Source: Candidatus Nanohaloarchaea archaeon (lineage in GTDB: Archaea > Nanohalarchaeota > Nanosalinia > Nanosalinales > Nanosalinaceae). Taken from it: a stretch of 64,000 nucleotides of DNA. Both the position numbers and the translations under genes were made by a program. The notes beneath the pieces were generated by a model, which was not told the origin of the DNA, did not search any database, and saw only the letters and a program-made list of their open reading frames with translations. Positions within the stretch are counted from its first letter, which is position 1, and the number at the start of each line of letters is the position of its first letter. Shown here in pieces: positions 47,101-56,879 of this stretch. The DNA lies in assembly GCA_041640035.1 (NCBI GenBank), contig JBEQBC010000001.1, positions 204,111 through 268,110 on the forward strand, in the 5' to 3' direction.

Positions 47101-48062
47101 AAATCAGTAAGCGAGCTCTGATTCTCCTTCAAAGCCCTAGCATTATATCCATATTCTCTTTTCAGATGTGAGGCAAACTCAGAATCAAAACCGTGATGTG
47201 TGTAGACTTTTTCTGGATCAACCTGTTGGACAAGCTCTACGAGATCATCAAAACCACAGTGATCTGAAAGCGGGAATACCTTATCGTATCCTCCCCGGTG
47301 TCTATAGGATTCCTGCACGCCCCATCCTGAAAAACCGGCTTTAAGACCATCTGATTTCTCTACAAGCTTCTGTACTGCATCGCTCCGTGAAAAACTTGTC
47401 GGACCTATGAAAACCGCTTCTCCATCTCTAAGAAGATCCTTGTTCTTCCCGTATTCAAGTGCATCAAATGAAAGATCAGTATGTTCTTCTACGATTCTGT
47501 TCATCTTCATAACGCTTCCGTGTGCGACTATCGATTTATCCGTGCTGTTTTTGACGATGTGCTGTATCTTCTGCGCTTTACCTAGAGAGTAACCGAACAG
47601 GTAAGGTGTTTTACTGGTGTCCTGGATCCAGTCCCCGATCTGTTTCTCCACCTCTCTCTGTTCAGGTAAACGATAAGCTGGAATGCCGTAGGTTGACTCT
47701 ATTACCAGTTTGTCTGCCTGTACGGGTTGAAATCCTTCGAGGTAGACTCGGTTCTGCAGCGATACATCACCGGTGTAGAGTACTTTTTCGCCGTTCCCCT
47801 CGATAAGTACAGAGGAAGAACCGATTATATGTCCAGAAGACATCAGTTCGATGTTCCCGTGCTTTTCTGTTTCAATCTCGCTGTTAAGCCTCTCAGAACC
47901 AAGTTTTTGAGTTAGTTCAGAGGTTATAACAGGATTGTCTCCGCGGTGTACATGGTCCATGTGTGCGTGTGATACGACTGTGTGGTCACCTGATGCTTTT
48001 CTGGAGTCTATCACATACCTGTTTTCAAGTTCTATATGAATTCCATCCTTTTCTCGTATCAC
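47097..48062 (-). CDS. MBL-fold (beta-CASP-type) nuclease
   Basis: SHAHMDH, GHIIGS, YTGD, ESTYG, LSDH. Confidence 0.88.
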   Translation of the reverse strand: MIREKDGIHIELENRYVIDSRKASGDHTVVSHAHMDHVHRGDNPVITSELTQKLGSERLNSEIETEKHGNIELMSSGHIIGSSSVLIEGNGEKVLYTGDVSLQNRVYLEGFQPVQADKLVIESTYGIPAYRLPEQREVEKQIGDWIQDTSKTPYLFGYSLGKAQKIQHIVKNSTDKSIVAHGSVMKMNRIVEEHTDLSFDALEYGKNKDLLRDGEAVFIGPTSFSRSDAVQKLVEKSDGLKAGFSGWGVQESYRHRGGYDKVFPLSDHCGFDDLVELVQQVDPEKVYTHHGFDSEFASHLKREYGYNARALKENQSSLTDF

Positions 48063-48156
48063 GGATTACCTGTAGTAGTTGAACTCTTTTACCGGATTCC
48101 CTTTCCGTATAAAAAACCTGATACAAATGATTTGAAACAGAGGATTCCTTTTCAGA

Positions 48157-48294
48157 GGGAGTGTAGCTCAATCTGGGAGAGCGACCGCCTCCAGAACAAT
48201 TTACTGGAGGAATGAGAACCGGTTTGAACTGGTTCGATGATTAACTCTTCGTGGAGTAAGCGGTAGGTTGCATGTTCAAATCATGCCACTCCCA
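48157..48294 (+). tRNA. tRNA-Trp(CCA) with 64-nt intron (48195-48258)
   Basis: GGGAGTG/CACTCCC+A acceptor; ACCGC/GCGGT stem; CCA 48191-48193; BHB helix CTCC/GGAG. Confidence 0.9.
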
Positions 48295-48469
48295 ATTCTC
48301 AAATCATTTAGATGGTTCTAAAGGGTAGTTAAGGGTTTTAACATCATTTTTAGTTGGTTTTAAAAGGTTCCTTGATGTGTTAATGTATATTAGAGAAAGA
48401 GGATACCTGGGCTTTCCAATGTTTAAATCATGGGTCAGGTATCGCTCTTTTCGAACAGAGTGAGTTACA

Positions 48470-49030
48470 ATGGCAGATGAAGAAGAATCTGAAGATATTG
48501 ACAGTAACGAGGAGCAGGAACCGGAAGAAGTTCCAGAGGAAGAAGTAGTCGAAGAAATTGAAGAAGAGACTTCAGGCGGACTTCTAGGTTCCTTTTCAAG
48601 CGAAGCACTTCTGGCCGGAGGAGTTATCTTCGGTATCGCTCTAGGACTAATCACAGGATACGGACTGGCATCAACCAGCTCCGGAGTACAGAAAGTAAGT
48701 CCTGAAGAAGTTCAGAGCACAGTCAGTCAACTTGTTGGCGAGAACGCAGATGTAGGCACACCTGAAGTCCAGAACGGACTTTACAGACTGACAATTGAAA
48801 GTCAGAGAGAAGTAACCAACCAGACAACCAACGAGACAACCATGCAGACTGCAACGCAGGAAGTATACGCAACTCTCGATAACGAGAAGCTGTTCGCACA
48901 GTACCAAGGATCATTCTATGTCCTGACCGATGTGCAGACAGCTCTGAACAACTTGAACAACCAGCAACCTGCTCAAGGCACTGGAAATCAAACTTCCGGC
49001 AACCAGACCACTGGTAATCAAACAAGTTAA
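48470..49030 (+). CDS. Single-TM protein with acidic N-terminus and GNQT-repeat tail
   Basis: TM ALLAGGVIFGIALGLITGY; GNQTS/GNQTT sequon repeats. Confidence 0.7.
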   Translation: MADEEESEDIDSNEEQEPEEVPEEEVVEEIEEETSGGLLGSFSSEALLAGGVIFGIALGLITGYGLASTSSGVQKVSPEEVQSTVSQLVGENADVGTPEVQNGLYRLTIESQREVTNQTTNETTMQTATQEVYATLDNEKLFAQYQGSFYVLTDVQTALNNLNNQQPAQGTGNQTSGNQTTGNQTS

Positions 49031-49162
49031 TTGAGTTGCTCCTCGTAGAACGATTTTCCCCCCTTCCCCTCTCATATTTTTCTTAATTTATTTTTACTCC
49101 AAGGTAACTTCCTGCTTTATACAACTAACAGCCAAAATAGTCAATAAGGTGAATTTATTCTC

Positions 49163-49753
49163 ATGGTAGAACTTGCAGAACTAAAATACGATTATGACGC
49201 TCTTGAACCCGTAATATCCGAACAGGTCCTTGAATGGCACCACGATGTCCATCATCAGGGATATGTGAACGGCTGGAACCAAGCAGAGGAAGATCTTGAA
49301 GACCAGAGAGATAGTAAAGATTTCTCATCGACTGGAAGCATCCTGAACAGCTTCACACACAATTACTGTGGAACAGTTCTCCACGATCTCTTCTGGAATG
49401 TAATGTCTCCGAACGCGGGAGGCGAACCGGAAGGAGAGTTACTGGAGAAAATCGAGGAAGACTTCGGAAGCTACGAGAACTGGAAGAAAGAGTTCAAAGC
49501 AGCAGCAAAGTCAGCTGGCGGATGGGCACTACTGGTCTACATCCCGAGAACCGACAAACTGCATAATGTAGCAGTTGACAAGCATGATGAAGGAGCAGTT
49601 TGGGGAGCACATCCCGTACTTGCTCTGGATGTCTGGGAGCACAGCTATTACCACGATTATGGTCCGGATCGAGGCGAGTTTATTGATGGTTTCTTCGATC
49701 TTGTTGACTGGAGTCAGGTTGCGGATGAGTTTGAGAACTTGCCTGTACGGTAA
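49163..49753 (+). CDS. sod: Fe/Mn superoxide dismutase
   Basis: HHDVHHQGYV, LHDLFW, DVWEHSYY. Confidence 0.96.
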   Translation: MVELAELKYDYDALEPVISEQVLEWHHDVHHQGYVNGWNQAEEDLEDQRDSKDFSSTGSILNSFTHNYCGTVLHDLFWNVMSPNAGGEPEGELLEKIEEDFGSYENWKKEFKAAAKSAGGWALLVYIPRTDKLHNVAVDKHDEGAVWGAHPVLALDVWEHSYYHDYGPDRGEFIDGFFDLVDWSQVADEFENLPVR

Positions 49754-49786
49754 ATTATTTACCCGTCCGTTTCCTATTTTCTTTTT

Positions 49787-50104
49787 ATGCATTATAGTGT
49801 GCCGCTCAGCTTTTCACTTGCATTTTTCGGAGCCGCAGCGGCTTTTCTTTCAGTTATGATCTATATCAAGTTAAGAGAGGATAGCAAGACAGCTATGGTT
49901 TCCTTCCAGCTTAAGCCAAGTCAGTCAATCATGGATTTCCGTGCGATTTACTTGGCTAGTTTTATAGAGCTCCTATCATTTGTGATATACTTTTTCGGCG
50001 CTCTTTCATCCCATTCACTGCTTATGAACTTTGGTAGGATGCTTTCCGCATTGTTCGCGGCGATAACCCTGGTAGTGATGTATCGTTGGTGGAGGCGGTT
50101 CTAG
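49787..50104 (+). CDS. Small 3-TM membrane protein (pair 3, first gene)
   Basis: DSKTAMVSFQL loop; ends RWWRRF. Confidence 0.72.
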   Translation: MHYSVPLSFSLAFFGAAAAFLSVMIYIKLREDSKTAMVSFQLKPSQSIMDFRAIYLASFIELLSFVIYFFGALSSHSLLMNFGRMLSALFAAITLVVMYRWWRRF

Positions 50105-50108
50105 AAAG

Positions 50109-50459
50109 ATGTTTCTGCCTGATGTACTTTTCGGATTTTTCGGTACCCTCATCATGATTTTGATGACGGCATACTTGGCTATGATACAGCAGAACTTCCG
50201 TGAACAGAGAAAAATAGCTCTCACGATGTTTTTCCTCAGGGATAAAGGAGCAGGACATTTCAAAGTATTAGCCATATCGATGGTGATCTACTCGGCCTCA
50301 ATGTTTGCTGTAGGTATAGAAATGATCTATGACAGCTATCTCTTGGAGGTTATGTCGAGAATAACCATACTTGTATCTATGGCTGGACTGCTTTACTTCG
50401 TCCGCGGTGTGGAGTTGATTACTGGTATGAGTGAAGATGAGTTAGAGAAAAATAAGTAG
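50109..50459 (+). CDS. Small 3-TM membrane protein (pair 3, second gene)
   Basis: IALTMFFLRDK loop. Confidence 0.72.
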   Translation: MFLPDVLFGFFGTLIMILMTAYLAMIQQNFREQRKIALTMFFLRDKGAGHFKVLAISMVIYSASMFAVGIEMIYDSYLLEVMSRITILVSMAGLLYFVRGVELITGMSEDELEKNK

Positions 50460-50536
50460 AAAAATAGAGTTGGGTTATAGAGGCTTTTGGAAAAGTGATT
50501 ATGCCTCTATAAGGTTTGAGCGCCTTATTGAAGGGT

Positions 50537-50722
50537 TTAAGCTCTTTTTCCTTCAGATTTCCACTTGTTGACGATGTTGTTACCTTTGTTCGCTTTCTTG
50601 GTACTTGAGTCGTCACTTACATGTTCCTCAGCTCTGTGGATGCCTTCCTTGGTAATTGCATCCTGATCGTCGTCACTGTGGAACTCCTCCCCGCAATAAG
50701 GACATGTGGTTGATTCAGTCAT
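50537..50722 (-). CDS. Small CPxCG/C2H2-like zinc-finger protein
   Basis: CPYCG...HRAEEH; AGGTGA SD upstream. Confidence 0.7.
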   Translation of the reverse strand: MTESTTCPYCGEEFHSDDDQDAITKEGIHRAEEHVSDDSSTKKANKGNNIVNKWKSEGKRA

Positions 50723-50879
50723 CTATGTTGTCACCTTTGTATAATGATTATTTTATTCCTTTTGGCTTGCAGTCAATCACGACATGCAAAGGCCTAAGAT
50801 TTTCTAGTCTAAGAAGACTAACATATCTAAATCGAACGGTAATCTTTATAAAACAAATGGTTGTTTAACAGGGGTTTGT

Positions 50880-53192
50880 TCATTGAACCCGGAACTTTGG
50901 CAAGTCAGATTTGATCGGCTCCTTCTTATCCGGCTCACTTTCCGAGAGCTCTTTTCTCTCATCCAGCTCAGTGAAAAATGTACTCTGATTTCCTTGCTCA
51001 GCGGTGAAATAAAGATAGTTCTCCGCTCTAGTAGAAGCCACATAGAAAAGCCGCCTCTCCTCATCATAGTTATCAGGCAGAGCCTTCGTCAGTATCTCAC
51101 TCTTCCAGTTATCATAAACCACTCCGTCCTCCGCACTGTATATCTTCCTTTTTCGTATACCTGCTGTTTCATCGAACATGACTGCCGAGTAATTACTGTT
51201 GGTGCTCGGGAACTGATCTCTGTTAATATTGGAGACGAAGACGACAGGATACTCCAGCCCTTTTGCGGAGTGAATAGTCTGAACGGTGACAGCGTTTTCA
51301 GTAGTATTATTATCGGTTTGATAGGTCTCACCTTCCTCGATGTTCTGTTCTATGAACTCTATCAGATCTGAACGGGAGATATAGGTATTTGTGAAAGTAC
51401 TATCGATAACCTCTATCATTTTTGTCGTCAAACTGTTGATACAGCCGTATCTCTGGAAAACAGTTGCCGCGATTCCCTGAACAGTCTCCTTCTCACCCAG
51501 TTTATCCCTAAACTCCAGAAGGTTTCCAGGGTACTTCTCATTCTCCAGGATAGCTTCTGCCTCATCCAGGCTATAACCAGTGAACTCCAGAATCGGTGCC
51601 CAACCCTTCGATGAGTTCTTGTTGTTCAAAACTCTGAGCCAGGCAAGCAACAGTTTTCCGGGCCGAGTATTGAATATCTCCATACCTCCCTCATAAGCTG
51701 CTGGTATCCCGTAACTGTCGGCCATCCGCTGTATTTCTATCGCAAAGCTTCTGTTCCTTGATAGAACTGCTATATCTCTGTACTCTATCTCCCTGCTACC
51801 GTTCTCTGTTTCGATCTGGTAGTCAGAATTGTTTACTATCTCTTGTATCTTCGATAAAACTGCTTTATGTTCCTCAGGTGACTCTATCCTCTTTACTTCA
51901 CCATGGTTTTTCTCAACAGCTGATTCCAGAGAGGTGATATCAGGTGTTTCTACTCTTTCATACTGGTTAGCTTTGAGAGAAAGTGTTTTCTCCGCGGTAT
52001 CAAGTATCTCCTGTGAGGAACGGTAGTTCTGTACAAGTGAATGTCTATCCACCTCACTGACTTCGAACCCAACTCTTTTCGCTTCCTGATTCAGCTCTTC
52101 TGTGTAGTTAACAATTTTGTCTTGGAATTCACGGATGTTGTCGACATTTGCGTACTGGAAGCTGTAGATGCTCTGTTTCCAATCTCCTACCGTCATGATG
52201 TTCGGTTCATCAGCCAGTAAAAGCGCCAGCTTGAACTGTATCTCGTTTGTGTCCTGGAACTCATCGATCATAAGGTAGTCGAAGCTCTCGTTCTCCCGTG
52301 CATCTTCAGACTCATGTAGAAGTACATAGGCGAACATAAGGATGAAGCTGAAGTTCAGGTAGTTCCGGCTCAGACAGTAATCGATATACTCTGTAAAGAG
52401 ATCATGTACAAAACCGATAAGTTCTTCCCGATCCTCCTCGAAAGCCTTATTCTTGTACGCTGAACTGACTTTCTTGGTTCCATAACCTCCTCTCACATCC
52501 TCTACATCCGGCGCGTCGTCCGTGAAATCTTTCCATTTATAGCTGTAAAGTTTTCTGCGCAGCTCCGACTGTTTTGAGCCGTTTCCGTTCTGAACCGGCT
52601 GATTCATACTGTCGAACAGCTCCGAGAACTTTTCCTTATCACCTTCCAGATGCTTCCGGCTCTCACCGTACCAGCCATCAGAAGTTGGAATAACGCCTTT
52701 CACAGCCAGGTTTTTCAGCAGGTTAAGGTAGTCTGAGTCATCGTAGGTCAGTTGGAAGAAATTCTGGTGTTCGCTGTGCCGCTGCTTAAACTGTTTGATG
52801 AACCGGTTGAACTCTTGAACTTCTCTGATATTGCTCTCCATCACTGTGTACTGTTCAGGTAGCTGGTTGTCGAATCCCAGTGTTTCCGGTACATTGAAGC
52901 CGTGGCGTTTCAGTATCTTCTGGCAGTGGCTGTGGAAGGTGGATATAGGAGCATCCATAATCGTTGAAATCGGTTTATCTACTTTCTGAGCTATTCTCTC
53001 TTTCATCTGGTCAGCTGCGTTGTTGGTAAAGGTTACGAGGAATATATCTTCGGGTTCAGCTCCTTCCTCAAGTATCTTTCTGTACCTCCTTGTGATGGTA
53101 AAGGTCTTACCGGTTCCTGCTCCTGCGTCCACCACTTTGATTCCTTTTGTGTCCTGTATCAGTTTTTTCTGTTGCTTGTTTGGCTCAACCAT
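50880..53192 (-). CDS. UvrD/REP (AddA-like) SF1 DNA helicase
   Basis: AGAGTGKT, TFTNNAA, IDEFQD, GDWKQSIY, QNYRS, TIHSAKGLE, EERRLFYVA.TRA. Confidence 0.93.
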   Translation of the reverse strand: MVEPNKQQKKLIQDTKGIKVVDAGAGTGKTFTITRRYRKILEEGAEPEDIFLVTFTNNAADQMKERIAQKVDKPISTIMDAPISTFHSHCQKILKRHGFNVPETLGFDNQLPEQYTVMESNIREVQEFNRFIKQFKQRHSEHQNFFQLTYDDSDYLNLLKNLAVKGVIPTSDGWYGESRKHLEGDKEKFSELFDSMNQPVQNGNGSKQSELRRKLYSYKWKDFTDDAPDVEDVRGGYGTKKVSSAYKNKAFEEDREELIGFVHDLFTEYIDYCLSRNYLNFSFILMFAYVLLHESEDARENESFDYLMIDEFQDTNEIQFKLALLLADEPNIMTVGDWKQSIYSFQYANVDNIREFQDKIVNYTEELNQEAKRVGFEVSEVDRHSLVQNYRSSQEILDTAEKTLSLKANQYERVETPDITSLESAVEKNHGEVKRIESPEEHKAVLSKIQEIVNNSDYQIETENGSREIEYRDIAVLSRNRSFAIEIQRMADSYGIPAAYEGGMEIFNTRPGKLLLAWLRVLNNKNSSKGWAPILEFTGYSLDEAEAILENEKYPGNLLEFRDKLGEKETVQGIAATVFQRYGCINSLTTKMIEVIDSTFTNTYISRSDLIEFIEQNIEEGETYQTDNNTTENAVTVQTIHSAKGLEYPVVFVSNINRDQFPSTNSNYSAVMFDETAGIRKRKIYSAEDGVVYDNWKSEILTKALPDNYDEERRLFYVASTRAENYLYFTAEQGNQSTFFTELDERKELSESEPDKKEPIKSDLPKFRVQ

Positions 53193-53195
53193 GCT

Positions 53196-55715
53196 TTATT
53201 TGATCACCATGTCGTTGAAAGGTAACTGGCTTTCGTCCTCTTTCTCCACTGGGAAACCGCTTTCCTTGAACCTGTTGATCCTCTTTATTGACTGTTCCAC
53301 GAATTGCTCCACTCGGTCGAGATCTTCTTCGAAGAAACTGGTCTGATTGATTTTCACAAGTTTTCGTAAAGCGCTTTTGCAGCCTTTCTGAACATACTTG
53401 TAGTCGCCTACCTCACTCTGTGCGTATTCGATTAATTCGTTTGCGTATCCTTTCTGCTCCAGTTCATCGTAGTCAAAGGTTTTCGGAATAGGGTTTCTTT
53501 CCAGGAAGTTTCTGAAGCCTTCGTAACCTAGTTTTTCCAGAGTCTTTCTTCTGTCGTTGCTTTTGCTGACATCTTTGATCAGTGATTCGAACACTTCTCT
53601 TCTCTTGACATGTTCTGCGAATCTTCTAGGGTAGTAAACCAGTTTAACCTTGTTTTCCTCACTGTCGATTCCATTCATCTGGCTGTGGATATCGTTAAGG
53701 AAGTAGTAGTATGTGAAGTAAAGCTCCTGATCCGGGACATGTTTTCTGAGGAATGATAGATACATTGCTGGCTGGAAGTCCGGCCAGTCCACATCATCAA
53801 CTTTATCTACTGTGGAGGACTTCACAAGCTGTTTCTTGGATTTCTTTCGGCCCGACTTGTAATCCACAAGATGGTTGGTTTCCAGAACTAGGTCGATTTT
53901 TCCGTAAGTACCTTTCTCTTGATCCTCGAATCTTGCCTCAGCAACATCTGACCTGATATCTTTATTGAACTCTCTGGCGAAGTGGTTCGCTCTCTTGTTT
54001 CTTTCCAGGTTCTCTGTTAGTTCTCTGTCCGGTCTTTGGAATCCTTCTTCGTCAAGGAACTTTCTGATACTTCTCAAGCCTACATTTGTCTCTGTTTTGA
54101 TCATCTCTATCTCGCCGTCCTCCACTAGGCTTCTCATTTCATCGACGATTATCTCCTGGAAGATATCAAGGCCTTTGTCGTCCACGAATCCGGGATAGTT
54201 GACATAGAATTCCGCGAAGTCGTGGAAAAGGTTTCCTTTCATCCTGTTGACTTCATCGGCTTCGCTGACCAGTTTGGAAAGGTAGTATACTCTTGGGCTG
54301 ATTGCAAAGTTGTTGAGGCTGGTCTGGCTTATTTTCTCCAATTTTTCGTTTTCGATATTGGTTTCTAGTTTTCTGAAGCTGTCTGCCTCCCTGGTTTCCG
54401 CGGTGTAACGCTGGTAAGGTAGCTCTGTGAACTCGGTGAACTCTTTATCCAGGAGTTTGTTCAGGTAGAAACAAGGTATAACCGGTTGGTTCAGCTCCTG
54501 ATCGATAACCAGGTAGTGCTGTTTGTTTCCGGCCTGTATTATCGATTCGAAGTTTCTCTGTCTTCTCTCCTCCAAGGCCACTACATCTCTCCATTCACGG
54601 TTGATTATATCCTGGTTCCATTCAGAGCTGATCCCCAGTATGAATACATTTTCTCTATCAAGTCTGAGGTTCTCGTAAGGCCCTGCTATCTTGACACCGG
54701 TTCTCTCTGTCTCCTCCTCCAGGCTGAGCTGTTTCATAAGATACTCTAGATCATCTATCTCGTTTACAGGTGTTTCCAGGAAACCGATGTTCTCCGCAGT
54801 ATCTCTTATACTTGACAGATCCTCTCCTGAAAGCTCCTCGTAACGATCGATCACTTCTTCAAAACTCAGGTACTGAATCGCGTTAATCAAATCCTTTACA
54901 TCTTCCAGGTTATCGTCGTTGAGGCTTTCCAGAAACTTGTTACTATCTCTCAAATCTGTTTCCACACCCATACCGGTCAACAAAAGGCGGAGATCTCTCA
55001 GTCTTACTCTGTTACCTGTTAAACCTGTTCTGATCAAGCTGATAATGTTCCGGAAATGCGGGCTGTCTGTTATATCCTGTGAACGGTGGTAATCTATATC
55101 TTCGGAGTCAAGAAGAGATTTCAGCAGTGCACTATATTCCGAGTCTTCTCTGACTATAACCCCTGTTTCATCAGGATCCAGGTTCTTGATGTTTTCTACG
55201 ACTGAGGTAACTACCTGGTTCTTCGAAGTGAAAACCTTGAATTCGTCAGGTTCAAAATCTGATTCCTTAAAGTACTCTATATCTTCAACCTGAGAAAGAG
55301 CGTTCATCTCCACCTGGTTCAGATCATCTTTAAGCAGGAAACCAGATTTTCCGGGAAAATCGTGGTCTTGAAGCCTGCTGAAGTATGTATCAGTGCCTTT
55401 AACTATTTCTATTGCTTTTTCGACTTCTTCTCCTTCAAAACCTGTGTAGTCCAGTATGTTTTCCGGACTGCCTGTGTGTCGCCAGCAGTCGATTATGCTG
55501 TCCGCAAGATGTGCTGCCTGTTTCCAGCTTCCGCCTAGTTCTTCTCTTATGTTTATAACTGCTTTTTCTCTTGATTGATCTTCTGTTATACCTATCTCGG
55601 TCTCTAGGTTCCTGAAGCCTTCTATCTCCGCGATCGAGCTGTCCTTAGTATATACTACTTCGTATTCACTGGCTTTTTCCTCCAGTTCTTCTCTAGAAAG
55701 TGTTTCTCTGATCAC
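53196..55715 (-). CDS. AddB-like protein (degenerate helicase plus PD-(D/E)xK nuclease)
   Basis: ISQTSL, GNLFH, GKIDLV...VDYKSG, Q..MY; start at the ORF-track position. Confidence 0.82.
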   Translation of the reverse strand: MIRETLSREELEEKASEYEVVYTKDSSIAEIEGFRNLETEIGITEDQSREKAVINIREELGGSWKQAAHLADSIIDCWRHTGSPENILDYTGFEGEEVEKAIEIVKGTDTYFSRLQDHDFPGKSGFLLKDDLNQVEMNALSQVEDIEYFKESDFEPDEFKVFTSKNQVVTSVVENIKNLDPDETGVIVREDSEYSALLKSLLDSEDIDYHRSQDITDSPHFRNIISLIRTGLTGNRVRLRDLRLLLTGMGVETDLRDSNKFLESLNDDNLEDVKDLINAIQYLSFEEVIDRYEELSGEDLSSIRDTAENIGFLETPVNEIDDLEYLMKQLSLEEETERTGVKIAGPYENLRLDRENVFILGISSEWNQDIINREWRDVVALEERRQRNFESIIQAGNKQHYLVIDQELNQPVIPCFYLNKLLDKEFTEFTELPYQRYTAETREADSFRKLETNIENEKLEKISQTSLNNFAISPRVYYLSKLVSEADEVNRMKGNLFHDFAEFYVNYPGFVDDKGLDIFQEIIVDEMRSLVEDGEIEMIKTETNVGLRSIRKFLDEEGFQRPDRELTENLERNKRANHFAREFNKDIRSDVAEARFEDQEKGTYGKIDLVLETNHLVDYKSGRKKSKKQLVKSSTVDKVDDVDWPDFQPAMYLSFLRKHVPDQELYFTYYYFLNDIHSQMNGIDSEENKVKLVYYPRRFAEHVKRREVFESLIKDVSKSNDRRKTLEKLGYEGFRNFLERNPIPKTFDYDELEQKGYANELIEYAQSEVGDYKYVQKGCKSALRKLVKINQTSFFEEDLDRVEQFVEQSIKRINRFKESGFPVEKEDESQLPFNDMVIK

Positions 55716-55765
55716 AACAGGTAACAGCCTCTACAGAATCAGTCATGTTGAGAATCTTAAAACGG

Positions 55766-56506
55766 TTACCTCAACTCCGCCTCAACAATTTCTTCCAAAC
55801 GCCTTACCCCTTCTACAAGACGCGGTCCCGGCCGGTTCAACAAGGAGTCATTCAAAACGAACACATTTCCCTTTTCTACAGCTTCCAGGTTTTCCCAGCT
55901 TTCTCTTCCGGTTATCTCTGTTTTATCGGCTTTGACTCCGGCTCCACAGATATTCAGTATAATTATGTCGGGTTTAAAATCCTTTATTTCCTCTTCATCA
56001 GTTTCCCTGCTTCTTCCTTCAACTTCCATGTAACGGCCGTTTGCTTCCCTGATCAGGTCCGGTATCCAGTTACCTGATACCATCGGTGGATCGCTCCACT
56101 CCTCACAGTAAATTTTCTTACCCTGTAGGTCGACCTGGGAGATACGGTCTTTCATATCTTCTACGATTTCCTCGGCTCTTTCTTCCTGATTCACTTCTTC
56201 TCCAATCCGCTTTATGCTTCTATATACTTCTTCCAGTGTTTCCGGTTCTACATGAACTGTTTCAATCCCTGCGTCGGATAGCTTTTCTCTGAATTCTTTC
56301 TGCAATCGGTCGGATGTGAAGACCTTGTCGGGATTTTTCTCGATTACTTTTTCCAGATCTGCGTTGGTGCTCCATCCTCCGATAGATTCCTTTTTCCTGG
56401 CATCGGCAGGATAATCACATAGAGAAGTTGTCGCTACTATCTGGTTCCCTGCGTCCAGTTTGTACAGTATTTCTGTGTTGGATGGTGCGGCTGATATCAG
56501 CTTCAT
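55766..56506 (-). CDS. BtuF-like cobalamin/siderophore-binding protein without signal peptide
   Basis: ISAAPSNTEIL, CDYP, LNRPGPRL; start taken as ATG 56506. Confidence 0.85.
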   Translation of the reverse strand: MKLISAAPSNTEILYKLDAGNQIVATTSLCDYPADARKKESIGGWSTNADLEKVIEKNPDKVFTSDRLQKEFREKLSDAGIETVHVEPETLEEVYRSIKRIGEEVNQEERAEEIVEDMKDRISQVDLQGKKIYCEEWSDPPMVSGNWIPDLIREANGRYMEVEGRSRETDEEEIKDFKPDIIILNICGAGVKADKTEITGRESWENLEAVEKGNVFVLNDSLLNRPGPRLVEGVRRLEEIVEAELR

Positions 56507-56567
56507 AGCCTTTCCGTGTATCAGTATTTGTAACTTATTTATACGGATAAAGATGATTGATTGAATA

Positions 56568-56879
56568 ATGGCTTCAGTCTTGAGTATCGCCTTAGGTATT
56601 TCATCAGTAGCACTGGGAGTCGCGGCAGGACTGATAATATTCAAGTTAGGCCGTGACCGTGAGACAGCGATGACCAAGATGAAGCTGAAGGACAAGGAAT
56701 CCCGGATGGATTTCAACATGTTCTTCTATGTAAACCTTTTGATGGCAGGCTCAGCACTACTCCACTGGATCGGAGTAATTCTCCAGCAGAAATCGATTAT
56801 CGTGATTAACCAGTACATGATGGTTCTGTACGGAGTATTCTTGACACTGCTGTTCATGAGGTGGTGGAGACGATTCTAG
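56568..56879 (+). CDS. Small 3-TM membrane protein (pair 4, first gene)
   Basis: DRETAMTKMKL loop; ends RWWRRF. Confidence 0.72.
   Translation: MASVLSIALGISSVALGVAAGLIIFKLGRDRETAMTKMKLKDKESRMDFNMFFYVNLLMAGSALLHWIGVILQQKSIIVINQYMMVLYGVFLTLLFMRWWRRF

Noticed and set aside
48975-49027. Short GGxAAyCArAC repeats
   Set aside because: They encode GNQT glycosylation-sequon repeats in a protein tail, not a DNA repeat element.
56507-56719. N-terminal extensions in the ORF track for BtuF-like (to 56719), pfdB (to 22301), coiled-coil (to 31281) and protease (to 20649)
   Set aside because: They overlap neighbouring genes or precede the recognisable domain or signal start; downstream ATGs fit better.
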